NCBI GenBank assembly: GCA_031316235.1
Contig: JALDRA010000001.1
Location: 390,001-422,000, forward strand
DNA: 32,000 bases
Source of the DNA: Candidatus Scalindua sp.
GTDB lineage: Bacteria > Planctomycetota > Brocadiia > Brocadiales > Scalinduaceae
Direction of reading: 5' to 3'
Under the pieces are notes generated by a model. It was not told the origin of the DNA, searched no databases, and saw only the letters and a list, made by a program, of their open reading frames with translations. Made by a program: the position numbers and the translations under genes. Positions 16,425 to 24,934 of the stretch are shown in pieces. Position 1 is the stretch's first letter. Each line of letters opens with the position of its first letter.

Positions 16425-17594
16425 TTAGCTGTCGCAGCCCGCTGCTCTCTGTAATTCTTCAACCTTATCTGTTTTTTCCCAGGTGAAGTCAGGGTCATCT
16501 CTGCCAAAGTGGCCATAACTGGCTGTTTTTTTGTAAATAGGCCTCCGGAGATTCAGTACATCAATGATCGCTTTCGGCCTGAAGTCAAAAACCTTACGTA
16601 CCGCGTCCTGGATTTCTTTTTCAGATCTCTTTTCAGTACCGAAACACCATACGTTCACGTTTGTTGGTTGTGCAATGCCGATTACATAGCTCAACTGCAC
16701 CTCGCAGCGCCTTGCCAGTCCTGCGGCAACGATATTCTTCGCCACATAGCGTGCCATATACGCACCGCTTCTATCAACCTTGGATGGGTCTTTTCCTGAA
16801 AAACATCCGCCTCCATGTCTTCCCGCCCCGCCATACGTATCAACAATAATTTTTCTCCCTGTAACACCCGTGTCTCCTTCCGGGCCCCCTGTTACAAATC
16901 TGCCGGTTGCATTTATGTGTACTATTGTGTTTTTGTTACTGTATTGCCCGCATACCGGATTGACAACATGTTCAAGTATTTGAATCCGTAAATCTTCTGT
17001 TGATATCGCATCGGTATGCTGCTGCGCAATAACTACATCAGTGACTTTTATCGGTTTATCATTTTCATACAGTATTGTAACCTGTGATTTTCCATCCGGG
17101 CCAATCTCCTCAATTACACCCCGTTTTCTTACTTCTGCAAGTTTCATCGTAAGCTGATGAGCCAGCATTATCGGCAGGGGCATGAGCACCGCAGTTTCAT
17201 CTACCGAATAACCATACATCATTCCCTGGTCTCCGGCACCCTGTTCATTATCCTCCCCTTTTCCTGCCGTTATCCCCCGGGAAATATCAGGACTTTGGCT
17301 GTGGATACTCACCCAGACACCTGCACTCTCTGAGTCAATGCCGAATTTATGATTGGTATAACCAATTTCCCGTAAGGTTTCCCGCACGATCTTCTGTACG
17401 TCTGCCCATCCTGCGGTAGATACCTCACCGGCAACATGAACAGTACCGGTAGTTGCCAGACATTCAATTGCTACTCTGCTATCAGGGTCCTGTCCTATCA
17501 GATTATCCAGTATGGCATCACTGATTATGTCACAAATCTTGTCCGGATGACCTTCTGTTACACTCTCACTGGTTATGGTATAGCTCCGTTTCAT
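16425..17594 (-). CDS. metK: S-adenosylmethionine synthetase
   Basis: Canonical MetK motifs: TSESVTEGHPDKICD, GAGDQGMMYGY, DTYGG, GGGCFSGKDPSKVDRS. Start set at MKRSYTITSE, since the 35 upstream codons of the track ORF have no homology logic. Confidence 0.93.
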   Translation of the reverse strand: MKRSYTITSESVTEGHPDKICDIISDAILDNLIGQDPDSRVAIECLATTGTVHVAGEVSTAGWADVQKIVRETLREIGYTNHKFGIDSESAGVWVSIHSQSPDISRGITAGKGEDNEQGAGDQGMMYGYSVDETAVLMPLPIMLAHQLTMKLAEVRKRGVIEEIGPDGKSQVTILYENDKPIKVTDVVIAQQHTDAISTEDLRIQILEHVVNPVCGQYSNKNTIVHINATGRFVTGGPEGDTGVTGRKIIVDTYGGAGRHGGGCFSGKDPSKVDRSGAYMARYVAKNIVAAGLARRCEVQLSYVIGIAQPTNVNVWCFGTEKRSEKEIQDAVRKVFDFRPKAIIDVLNLRRPIYKKTASYGHFGRDDPDFTWEKTDKVEELQRAAGCDS

Positions 17595-17909
17595 ATTACC
17601 CTCTTCCCGGAATAAATGGACTATTTGTATTTTTAGAAAATTACGTTTTAATCTGTTATCGGTATCAACTTGTGTCAGGTAACTAATCTCCCATTTCATC
17701 TTGTTTTGGGAAACACCCGTCTATTATAAGTATCCTTGTTTTTTTAATCTACCAGATTTCATATCATAAAGGCATGCATATTTTCAGATCTTGAAACAGG
17801 ACTGAAAATATGTAATAATTTTGTAACGGTACCGAAACTATAGAATATCCGGGTTGTGTCCGGGTGTGGTAGAAACCATCCATATTAAAAACTAAGAGAA
17901 GACACACAC

Positions 17910-18107
17910 ATGATTGATATTATTGAATGGCTTCGGAAAATTGAACGTTCAGCAAATAAAGTTTATCTGCAAGCTGGTTTAGCGGAAAATAGTCTTTCAA
18001 AAGAGGAACTGATCACGAAAATTGCGAAAGTAGAAGTTTCAGAATATAATGAAATTTTTCTCTATGTTGTTACCTTTCTAAAAGAAAAACTGGACAAATT
18101 TGAATGA
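17910..18107 (+). CDS. hypothetical small protein
   Basis: 65-aa ORF whose stop overlaps the start of the next gene (ATGA), suggesting translational coupling. No motif recognised. Confidence 0.4.
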   Translation: MIDIIEWLRKIERSANKVYLQAGLAENSLSKEELITKIAKVEVSEYNEIFLYVVTFLKEKLDKFE

Positions 18108-18475
18108 TTAAACTACTGATCTTTATAAAAACCAATTGGGCTGTTTTCACACTGTTTACCCTTGCAGTCATAACGACCTTTTCTCTCTGGCCATTGGAAA
18201 AATTACCACCGGTACCAGGAACTGATAAAACCCACCATTTGATTGCTTATGCCGTTTTGATGTTTCCTACGGCTTTACGCAAACCAGATAAATGGATACT
18301 GTTCGGTTTATTATTTATAGCTTACAGCGGCGTAATCGAATTATTTCAACCATATGTAAATCGTTACGGAGAGTGGCTGGATATTGCAGCAAACACTGCT
18401 GGAGTAGTTTGTGGTTTGATCATCGCAGAGCTGATAAATAATTTTTTCCCGGTAATTTCAAATAGTTCCCGGTAA
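18104..18475 (+). CDS. VanZ-like membrane protein
   Basis: 123 aa with several hydrophobic helices. The pattern DKTHHLIAYAVL ... ELFQPYVNRYGEWLDIAANTAGVVCG fits my recollection of the VanZ-like family. Confidence 0.55.
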   Translation: MIKLLIFIKTNWAVFTLFTLAVITTFSLWPLEKLPPVPGTDKTHHLIAYAVLMFPTALRKPDKWILFGLLFIAYSGVIELFQPYVNRYGEWLDIAANTAGVVCGLIIAELINNFFPVISNSSR

Positions 18476-18605
18476 TTACTAAAATGGATTTGTATTCGGG
18501 AAGATGTGACTTATTACTGTAAAATATTCAAAATGATTAATTAGTTTCTCTACCCTAAGCACATTCAAACGTTACTTAGCCACAAAAGAGCCTTCACTTC
18601 ACTTG

Positions 18606-18750
18606 ATAAACTAAAACCGATTTAGTTTTAGATTTTTCTCAATACCAAAGCCTTGTTGCTGGTATCCCCGGACACACCAGGCGTCGAGGACCTTACCCGC
18701 TCCGTTTTTTCTCGGATTTTATCCGAAATCCAGTATAAGATAAGGATATT
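18606..18750 (+). repeat. mosaic intergenic repeat, full-length copy
   Basis: ataaactaaaaccgatttagttttagatttttctcaataccaaagccttgttgctggtatccccggacacaccaggcgtcgaggaccttacccgctccgttttttctcggattttatccgaaatccagtataagataaggatat. Confidence 0.75.
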
Positions 18751-19004
18751 TATACGAAGGGGGTCTATAGTGGAGGATCTTAAAACCATTATGAACAGCT
18801 TTAGTGTGAGAAAAAGCAATCACTATAAATCGCCTATTCGTTAGCCCTTTTTTTTACTGGTTTTTTGTGACCAATTTGTGACTAAGGTTTTGTCGCACAT
18901 TAAAACACATTACGATATCTTGCAGTATTTGGATTGGTGGTGAATAGGGCGTTAACCTTCTTATTAACAGGAAGTTAGATGCAAATATCGGCAGGACAAA
19001 GAAG

Positions 19005-19051
19005 TACGCCCGAGAGGATTCGAACCTCTGGCCTACGGTTTAGGAAACCGT
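19005..19051. repeat. att-type direct repeat (displaced copy of the tRNA-Arg 3' 47 nt)
   Basis: tacgcccgagaggattcgaacctctggcctacggtttaggaaaccgt is identical to 26607-26653. The flanks diverge on both sides (19004 g vs 26606 a; 19052 t vs 26654 c). Confidence 0.9.
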
Positions 19052-19085
19052 TTCGGTCTTTTATTAGCAACTACTTACGGCATGT

Positions 19086-19104
19086 TTTTGACCGTATTTT
19101 GACC
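19086..19104 (+). promoter_or_regulatory. two TTTTGACC direct repeats (candidate integrase arm-type sites, left arm)
   Basis: ttttgacc at 19086-19093 and 19097-19104, 11 bp apart, 35-53 bp inside the left att repeat. The same octamer recurs near the right end. Confidence 0.4.
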
Positions 19105-19121
19105 AAAAAAGCCGCACAAAT

Positions 19122-20117
19122 TCAGCACACTTTGACATTCTGGATAATCCTTTTAAGATCCTCAGTGTAAACTTTCGTATAAATATCAAGAGAAGTAATC
19201 GCGCTCTTGTGTCCCAATAACGCCTGAATATGTTTCGGGTGAGTGTTATTACTTGCCAAAATTGTAGCGAACGTATGCCGCAAACTATGCAGATTAAGCC
19301 CGTCAGGATCAATACCCGCCTTGGCAATACATTCCTTAAAGCGCCTTAGTAAATTGTTTTTGTACTGAGTCCCGATTTTGGTCTTGAATACGTACCCTTT
19401 CCGGTCCACCATCTTCTTTAACTCAACCATCAAGCCGGGTGATATGGGTATCTCTCGCACTCCTGCATTGGTCTTTGATTGCCTTACCGATATCATTCCC
19501 TTATCAAGATCCACGTCACCCCATGTCAAGCTAATAAGCTCTGAAAGCCTTACGCCTGTGGATAGAAACGTCAACCAAATAATTTTGTATTTCCCTGAAT
19601 GATTCAACAAGCTGGTGATCTCTTCATGAGTCAATACCCGCCTTGCTGGCCTTCTCTCTTTGAAATATTTAATATCTGCAATGGGATCAAATGTGATCAC
19701 CTTTGTTTGGATACCATAGGCAATTACACGCTTGAATAATCCTATTGTACGGTTCAGGATCTTGGCCGATTTTCCTGCCTGAATCCGTGAGTTAATATAC
19801 CCATTCAATAAGCTTCTCAGGGTGGCCAATTGAACGCCCTGCATTTGTTCAAAGGCATTGTTAAGGATTGTTTCTGAGTCGTGATATGTTTTGGGAAGTA
19901 TGTGCGGTTTGATCTCTTGTAAGAAATCATTTTTCAGCCTGTCAAGCGGATAACCTTCTTGAACGATACCGAACGCCGCAAGCTGATTGCTTGAAACCAG
20001 CCTGTTATAGATCTTTTGCGCTGTGTTCCTGTTTGAACTCAGCTTTTTTCGGACCCGTTTTCCGTTTACGTAGATATCAGAATACCAAGTATCTCCGATT
20101 TTGCGAATAGGTGACAT
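19122..20117 (-). CDS. int: tyrosine recombinase / phage-type integrase
   Basis: 331 aa. The N-terminus GDTWYSDIYVNGKRVRKKL looks like an arm-binding domain. The catalytic-domain pattern is present: GVRLSEL (Arg), HSLRHTFAT (His-x-x-Arg), LLGH, LDIYTKVY (Tyr). Confidence 0.9.
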   Translation of the reverse strand: MSPIRKIGDTWYSDIYVNGKRVRKKLSSNRNTAQKIYNRLVSSNQLAAFGIVQEGYPLDRLKNDFLQEIKPHILPKTYHDSETILNNAFEQMQGVQLATLRSLLNGYINSRIQAGKSAKILNRTIGLFKRVIAYGIQTKVITFDPIADIKYFKERRPARRVLTHEEITSLLNHSGKYKIIWLTFLSTGVRLSELISLTWGDVDLDKGMISVRQSKTNAGVREIPISPGLMVELKKMVDRKGYVFKTKIGTQYKNNLLRRFKECIAKAGIDPDGLNLHSLRHTFATILASNNTHPKHIQALLGHKSAITSLDIYTKVYTEDLKRIIQNVKVC

Positions 20118-20126
20118 TGAGCCAGA

Positions 20127-20154
20127 ATTATACCAGAAATAAAACCCTGTTCAA
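20127..20154 (-). promoter_or_regulatory. candidate integrase promoter giving a near-leaderless transcript
   Basis: On the minus strand: TTGAAC, 16 nt, TATAAT. The -10 ends 9 nt before the int ATG and there is no SD. Confidence 0.4.
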
Positions 20155-20223
20155 GGCCTGTTTTATCTTGAATTTAACAGAAATATAGGTATAATTTATA
20201 CCTGATTACACCAGTAACAACTT

Positions 20224-20278
20224 GGCCTTGAGATTGTTTTTCAATATCCTCCATATATGGAAGAATGATCTCAAGGCC
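20224..20278 (-). terminator. long hairpin between the protease gene and int (terminator or recognition site)
   Basis: 11-bp perfect arms ggccttgagat / atctcaaggcc with a nested tccatatatgga palindrome, 13 nt past the protease stop. No U-tract follows. Confidence 0.3.
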
Positions 20279-20291
20279 GCACCTACAAAAC

Positions 20292-21632
20292 TTACTCTTT
20301 TTGATCTTCCGACCTTCTCTTGTTTTCAAATATCCTTACCCGGCCTGCGGCAACCGCTTCACTATACGCCTTAAAACTCTCAAAGCTTGAAAACTCTTCC
20401 TGTAATTCCTTTGATGCATCCCATTTTGCCTTTAACGCTTCAGGTGTTACCGATTGTCCCGGTTCCGCTTTGGCACTGTCTACTCGCCCGGTAATTCTCA
20501 CTTGCCCGGCGGCAACCGCTTCACTATACGCCTTGTAGCTTCCAAAACTTGAAAACTCTTTCTGAAGATCTGGCGAAGAGTCCCATTTTGCCTGATATGA
20601 GTCTTTGACTTCTGTTACCTCTGTTGCTTCCTGTTTTGTTTCCATGCTTCCCCCTTTCAAATTAGGAATTTTAAAGCCTACCCTCTTTTGCTCTGCTGCA
20701 AGTATTTGTGTCGCCGCTTCCCCGGTACTGGTGACACCATCGGCTTTTAATTTCTTGACCAAGGCTTCATGCCCGGGTAATGATAATTTTTCGATACCTT
20801 TCACCCGTGCGACCTCTGCAACCTCTGCAATGGTCCCTTTCATGCTCTTGATACCATCAACCAGCCCGGCTTTAATGCCCTGACTACCCAGAAATAACTG
20901 GCCGTCCGCCATGTTGGCTAAAACTTCCTCTACGGATACCCCTCTAAACTTTGCTACGTCCCCGGTAAACGCATTGTAAATATGCGCAACCTGACCTTGT
21001 AGCTCTTCGAGGCCTTCATCCGTTAACGGCGCGTAATCCGAAACAATACGTTTCTTGGTCCCGGCTGTCACTTCTGTGGTCTTGATACCGATTTTCTTTT
21101 CAAGCTCTGAGATATCAACGTGAGTTGCTATAACGCCAATTGACCCGGTCGTCACTGCCTCGTCGGTTATATACACCTTGCTTGCTGCGGACCCTATCCA
21201 ATAAGCCGCACTTGTAGCCATGGCCGACGAAATCGCAAAGACTGGTTTAACCTTGCTACCTGAATGAACCAGTTTTGAAAATTCCTGAACCCCGAACACG
21301 CTTCCGCCGGGTGAGTCAATATCGAGGACGATTGCTTTAACCGTGCTGTCTTTGAGAAGCGCGTTAAACTCTTGAGTCAACACGTCAAGCCCGATACCGC
21401 CGAACAGATAAGACCAAATGTCTGACTTAGGCTGAATGATCCCTTCAATGGGCAAAATAGCGACGTCACCATCAACACGGTACAGATTACCCTTCCTTTT
21501 AACCGGGTTATCATAATAAGCCTTCACCGCTTCATGATCAACATTCTGGACAGCCGCCTTTATCTTTTGTAGCTCCTGCCGGGTAATTGCCCATAGATTT
21601 GACAATTTGTCAATTTTTGTATTGTGAGTCAT
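20292..21632 (-). CDS. S49-family (SppA/ClpP-fold) prohead maturation protease with a duplicated C-terminal scaffold-like module
   Basis: VLDIDSPGGSV, SSAMATSAAYWIGSAA and GSIGV motifs of peptidase S49, as in lambda gpC-type head proteases. The C-terminal ~110 aa hold two copies of AKWDxSxxLQxEFSSFxSxKAYSEAVAAGxVRI. SD GGAGGAG. Confidence 0.8.
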   Translation of the reverse strand: MTHNTKIDKLSNLWAITRQELQKIKAAVQNVDHEAVKAYYDNPVKRKGNLYRVDGDVAILPIEGIIQPKSDIWSYLFGGIGLDVLTQEFNALLKDSTVKAIVLDIDSPGGSVFGVQEFSKLVHSGSKVKPVFAISSAMATSAAYWIGSAASKVYITDEAVTTGSIGVIATHVDISELEKKIGIKTTEVTAGTKKRIVSDYAPLTDEGLEELQGQVAHIYNAFTGDVAKFRGVSVEEVLANMADGQLFLGSQGIKAGLVDGIKSMKGTIAEVAEVARVKGIEKLSLPGHEALVKKLKADGVTSTGEAATQILAAEQKRVGFKIPNLKGGSMETKQEATEVTEVKDSYQAKWDSSPDLQKEFSSFGSYKAYSEAVAAGQVRITGRVDSAKAEPGQSVTPEALKAKWDASKELQEEFSSFESFKAYSEAVAAGRVRIFENKRRSEDQKE

Positions 21633-21665
21633 TTGTCTTGCTCCTCCAATAAGTAAAATATAAAA

Positions 21666-22067
21666 TTAAACTCTCGATAATGCTTCTTGCAAGATACCCG
21701 TCAAAATCTTGTGAATTTCGCTTTCCGTCAAGATATGATTCAGGCCTTGCATTTTCTCAAGGTAGATATCTGGAACCTTGAAAATTTCTTCCTTGATACG
21801 TTTGCTCAGGATCTCGTCTTTGGTATGCTCTGCTATGTTTGCTTTGTACTCTGTCAATGCGGTCCGTGCCTTGCTGAATGTGTCCTGACTTTTGACCGCT
21901 TTCCTTGCATCAAGCCATTGTCGGGCTGTATCCAAATCAAAAACGATCCTGCCTCTTCCGGTCCGGCTGAATGGCATTCCGTTAAATCTCCAAGATATTA
22001 CCGCTTGCGTTGACACGTTTAGCATTTTGGCCAATTCGGCCTGACTTACCCTCTCACTTGATCTCAC
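21666..22067 (-). CDS. MerR-superfamily winged-HTH protein, Nu1-type small terminase-like or AlpA/excisionase-like
   Basis: VSQAELAKMLNVSTQAVISWRFNGMPFSRTGRGRIVFDLDTARQWL parallels lambda Nu1 (QLADIFGASIRTIQNWQEQGMPVLRGGGKGNEVLYDSAAVIKWY), but the same fold occurs in AlpA/Xis. 133 aa with a helical C-terminal half. GTG start with AAGGAGG. Confidence 0.5.
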   Translation of the reverse strand: MRSSERVSQAELAKMLNVSTQAVISWRFNGMPFSRTGRGRIVFDLDTARQWLDARKAVKSQDTFSKARTALTEYKANIAEHTKDEILSKRIKEEIFKVPDIYLEKMQGLNHILTESEIHKILTGILQEALSRV

Positions 22068-22205
22068 TTTCTATAACCTCCTTTCTTACCTATACTTAGA
22101 AATATTTTCTATCACTAGCGAAAAGCCGCGGTCTCCTGTTACCCTTACCTCGACGGCCTCTTAAAGTACCTTGTGTCTTTACATGGCACACATTTACAAA
22201 GCTTA

Positions 22206-22793
22206 CTATCCCTTCTCGCTCAGTATATCCTTGAGAATTGCATCGGTTTTATTCCTTCGGTCCTCATTCGTTAAAATTCTCAAAGCCTCATATTGATTGC
22301 TGATAACCGCCACGCCTGATGGGTTCACGCCCGGATTAGAAACCGTCAAGCAGAGTAGGTATCTCGATAACAAATCCCCTGCTTTCTCTTGGACCTCTTC
22401 GAGTATCCGGTCTCTCTCTTTACCAAACAGCTTCATTAATGCGGTTTGCTTCGCCGCTCTTGTCTGCTGTAGCGCGTTGCCCGCATTGGCAACCGCAATA
22501 CGTAGATTCTCAACAACAACCGCAAAATCAGATACCAGCGCCCTTGCTCTGTCTGTGTCAGCTTTGGCCTTTTGAAGATCCTTGACCGTGATAAGATCCC
22601 GCGATTTTTCATTCTTCAAGCAAACCTCAAGGTTTTGCTGTGAGTTCTCTAAGTCAATCCCTGCCTGAATCAATCTCAGATTCATTTTCTCTGCCTGTGA
22701 AACCAAATAACTTTCTTTTTTCTCTAATTCTCGAAATGTGTCAGCCGTGCTCATTTCTTTTGCTATCTCTTCTGTCTCAGTGATTGTTACCAT
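22206..22793 (-). CDS. hypothetical coiled-coil protein
   Basis: 195 aa counted from the ATG preceded by GGGAGGG (MVTITETEE...). Heptad-rich and alanine/glutamine-rich helical sequence; no motif recognised. Confidence 0.6.
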   Translation of the reverse strand: MVTITETEEIAKEMSTADTFRELEKKESYLVSQAEKMNLRLIQAGIDLENSQQNLEVCLKNEKSRDLITVKDLQKAKADTDRARALVSDFAVVVENLRIAVANAGNALQQTRAAKQTALMKLFGKERDRILEEVQEKAGDLLSRYLLCLTVSNPGVNPSGVAVISNQYEALRILTNEDRRNKTDAILKDILSEKG

Positions 22794-22922
22794 TTGCAAA
22801 CCCTCCCGTATAAAGCTACAAAAATACGCGCCCGGCACACTGCCAGAACGCTTCCAAAAAACCTTGACAATATTACTTGTATAATACAACAATTGCATTA
22901 ACTACGTTTCATACAGTTAACT

Positions 22923-23042
22923 TCAAAAATCATGCTTCATTGACCAATACACGCTGGCCATTTTTTTGGATTTTTGAGCCGTTGATATATAAGGACTTAC
23001 AACAAGCAAAATCAAGTTAACTGTATGAATGAGAACCCGCAT
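22923..23042 (-). CDS. possible 39-aa membrane peptide
   Basis: MRVLIHTVNLILLVVSPYISTAQKSKKMASVYWSMKHDF. Its ATG lies immediately after the TAA of the upstream gene (cATAAAATG). It has one hydrophobic helix; no other support. Confidence 0.2.
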   Translation of the reverse strand: MRVLIHTVNLILLVVSPYISTAQKSKKMASVYWSMKHDF

Positions 23043-23043
23043 T

Positions 23044-23412
23044 TTATGCCGCTTTACTCTTTCTATGGTTTTCACGGTCCGTTTTGCGTCTTCGAGCCTT
23101 CCTGCACCTGATGCAAAATCTTTCTCGTTTTGATAACTCAGCACCGCATGAACAAACCCGGACCTTTTCTTTCCTGATTGATAAGTCAATGTCTTGATAC
23201 TGCTTCATGACCTGATCATAACACCCGATAACATTCGCAATCGGCAATACGGCCTTCACAAAATACTCGCAAGGTCTGCTTGATAGGATTCTGCATTTCC
23301 CTTGTTCCCGGAACCCGACGCCGAAAGCATCAACGCCGATACATTCACCGCCGACCAGACAAGCGCATTCTTGTCTAATAAATTCCCATAAGGTAGTTTT
23401 GTTTCTTATCAC
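23044..23412 (-). CDS. cysteine-rich VLP-motif protein with a C-terminal zinc-ribbon-like CxxC...CxxC and basic tail
   Basis: CACLVGGECIG...GKCRILSSRPCEYFVKAVLPIA fits the Cys_rich_VLP pattern (C..C...C.....C.YF...VLP) known from mobile elements. Followed by CSCGAEL...CIRCRKARRRK. GTG start with AAGGAGG at 5-nt spacing. Confidence 0.65.
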   Translation of the reverse strand: MIRNKTTLWEFIRQECACLVGGECIGVDAFGVGFREQGKCRILSSRPCEYFVKAVLPIANVIGCYDQVMKQYQDIDLSIRKEKVRVCSCGAELSKRERFCIRCRKARRRKTDRENHRKSKAA

Positions 23413-23468
23413 TGCAACCTCCTTTCAATACTCTTTCCGCACCTCGTCGGAAAACATTTTGCCATGCT

Positions 23469-24374
23469 TTACGTCCTCCCCTGATTAAGTACAATTTTTC
23501 CTTTTTTAATATCTGACCTTATGAAATTTCCCACGGCTGCCGCATGGTCCTTGTACTTTTTCCCATGTGCCCGCATGTAGCCGTCAAGATCCTCGATAGC
23601 ACTAACAACATTATCCGCACCGTATTTCCTGACAAGTGATTGATAAGCATTCGACGAAATATAAACAAGCTCTGCCCTACGCCTTTTTACGTACCCGGAT
23701 AAAAATTCGCCCGGATCTCCTCCTTTTTCCAAAACCGCCGCCGTTTTTTTTAAAAGCGATTGACAATCTTTAAACCCAATTTTCTGATTAACGCTTTTCA
23801 ACTTACCTAAAAAATCTAACCAAGTTTTTTCGGTTAGGTTTTTAGGGAGAGAGATTTTTTCCAACCGCGCGGTTTTTTCGCGCGCGGTTTTTATTTCTAC
23901 TTCTTTAAATTTCTTTTTACTTCTTTTTACTTCTTTCTTTGTGGTGTTTTGCTGGTGTTTTGCTGGTGTTTTGTTGGTGTTTTGTTGGTGTTTTGTTGGT
24001 GTTGTGTAGTTCTCATATTCTTGGTATGCCCCGTATTTGCATACAGTTACGATAGTAAATTTGTTGGTGCCGTTTTTGGAAATAGCTTTATATTTCACTA
24101 ATCTTTTTATAGATTCGTAAAACGTGTTAGGGTTGAGTTTTAAATCTCTCGCGGCTTCAAATCTACCATAAACAAATTGCCCGGTTTTTAACTCATGCCC
24201 CCTGTGCGAAATGGCTTCCGTTTTGTAGTTAGCACGAAACAAACACCATAGAAAAACTTTAACGTCAACGGCATTATCCCATATCCTTTTATCCTGCAAA
24301 ACCCTTCCAACAAGGACGAAACCGCCGGGAATCACCGGCACCTTTACTGCCCCGCCTTCAATCTCTGTCGACAT
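23469..24374 (-). CDS. putative replication initiator / replisome organiser (winged-helix N-terminal domain)
   Basis: The N-terminal ~110 aa (VKVFLWCLFRANY...TGQFVYGRFEAARDLKLNPNTFYESIKRLVKYKAI) resemble phage/plasmid replication-protein wHTH domains. The central low-complexity linker is encoded by 11-bp iterons. The start overlaps the stop of the upstream ORF (TAATG). Confidence 0.55.
   Translation of the reverse strand: MSTEIEGGAVKVPVIPGGFVLVGRVLQDKRIWDNAVDVKVFLWCLFRANYKTEAISHRGHELKTGQFVYGRFEAARDLKLNPNTFYESIKRLVKYKAISKNGTNKFTIVTVCKYGAYQEYENYTTPTKHQQNTNKTPAKHQQNTTKKEVKRSKKKFKEVEIKTAREKTARLEKISLPKNLTEKTWLDFLGKLKSVNQKIGFKDCQSLLKKTAAVLEKGGDPGEFLSGYVKRRRAELVYISSNAYQSLVRKYGADNVVSAIEDLDGYMRAHGKKYKDHAAAVGNFIRSDIKKGKIVLNQGRT
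23942..24003. repeat. 5.6 tandem copies of an 11-bp unit TGGTGTTTTGY (iteron-like) inside the rep gene
   Basis: tggtgttttgc x2, tggtgttttgt x3, tggtgtt. The 11-bp period makes the peptide repeat every 33 bp (TPTKHQQNTNK / TPAKHQQNTTK). Confidence 0.85.
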
Positions 24375-24799
24375 TATGCCACCCCCTTTGATTTTGGCTT
24401 CTTACGTCTAGGCCTCGCTCCTTTGGCATTAATTTTCACAATCCTGTTGCACACTGGAAACAATGACGATAGCTCTTCAAGTGAAAATTCTTTCCAAATC
24501 TCTTCAAAAGTATAGTTGTCGACCAAACCCTTGAGGGTGCCAATCTCAAGGACTCTTTTTTTCTTGGTAGGCATTTCACGCACGCTAGTCACGTCTACTA
24601 CTTTGCCGCGCCTATTGCGCATTGTATAGAATTCAACATCGTACCGAACCTCATAGACTGTAGGGTTTACGGTAGTGTCAAATGTTGCAAAGCCCGCCAT
24701 CAATGCCAAGTCAATAGCCTTTCTGGCTAGCTTGCGCGTAAAGTTGTTTTCTTTCGCGTACTCTTCAATAGTTACACATTTGATATTTCTGTTTTCCAC
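24374..24799 (-). CDS. hypothetical protein (basic C-terminus)
   Basis: 141-aa ORF with a GTG start, coupled to rep by a 1-nt overlap. The C-terminus GARPRRKKPKSKG is basic. No motif recognised. Confidence 0.55.
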   Translation of the reverse strand: MENRNIKCVTIEEYAKENNFTRKLARKAIDLALMAGFATFDTTVNPTVYEVRYDVEFYTMRNRRGKVVDVTSVREMPTKKKRVLEIGTLKGLVDNYTFEEIWKEFSLEELSSLFPVCNRIVKINAKGARPRRKKPKSKGVA

Positions 24800-24934
24800 T
24801 GTGGCACCCTTTCTATTTGGTTTGGTTTTTAGCCTGTCACTATTTAAAATCTATACATTGATAAATCACTAACTCAATAATGGTTATAAGCGAATAATGG
24901 CTGTTACTTTCAATTTTTAGGTACCCTCTATCCA

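Noticed and set aside
17595-17800. SAM riboswitch in the metK leader
   Set aside because: I read the minus-strand leader and could not find the conserved SAM-I/SAM-II core elements. An Infernal scan would be needed to be sure.
18979-19170. 63-aa plus-strand ORF, and the similar ORF at 26531-26713
   Set aside because: Both translate the tRNA-Arg / att repeat sequence ([16 protein letters not shown]), which is an artefact of the repeat.
19064-19327. 87-aa minus-strand ORF overlapping the integrase 3' end
   Set aside because: It is an alternative frame of the well-supported integrase gene and extends over the arm-type repeats, with no SD.
22923-23189. 88-aa ORF as annotated in the track
   Set aside because: Its first 49 codons overlap the better-supported Cys-rich VLP gene in another frame. 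Only the distal 39 codons are kept, as a low-confidence mini-ORF.
23942-24003. Tandem repeat as a CRISPR array
   Set aside because: The units are 11 bp, directly abutting with no spacers, and lie inside an ORF. No cas genes are in the window.
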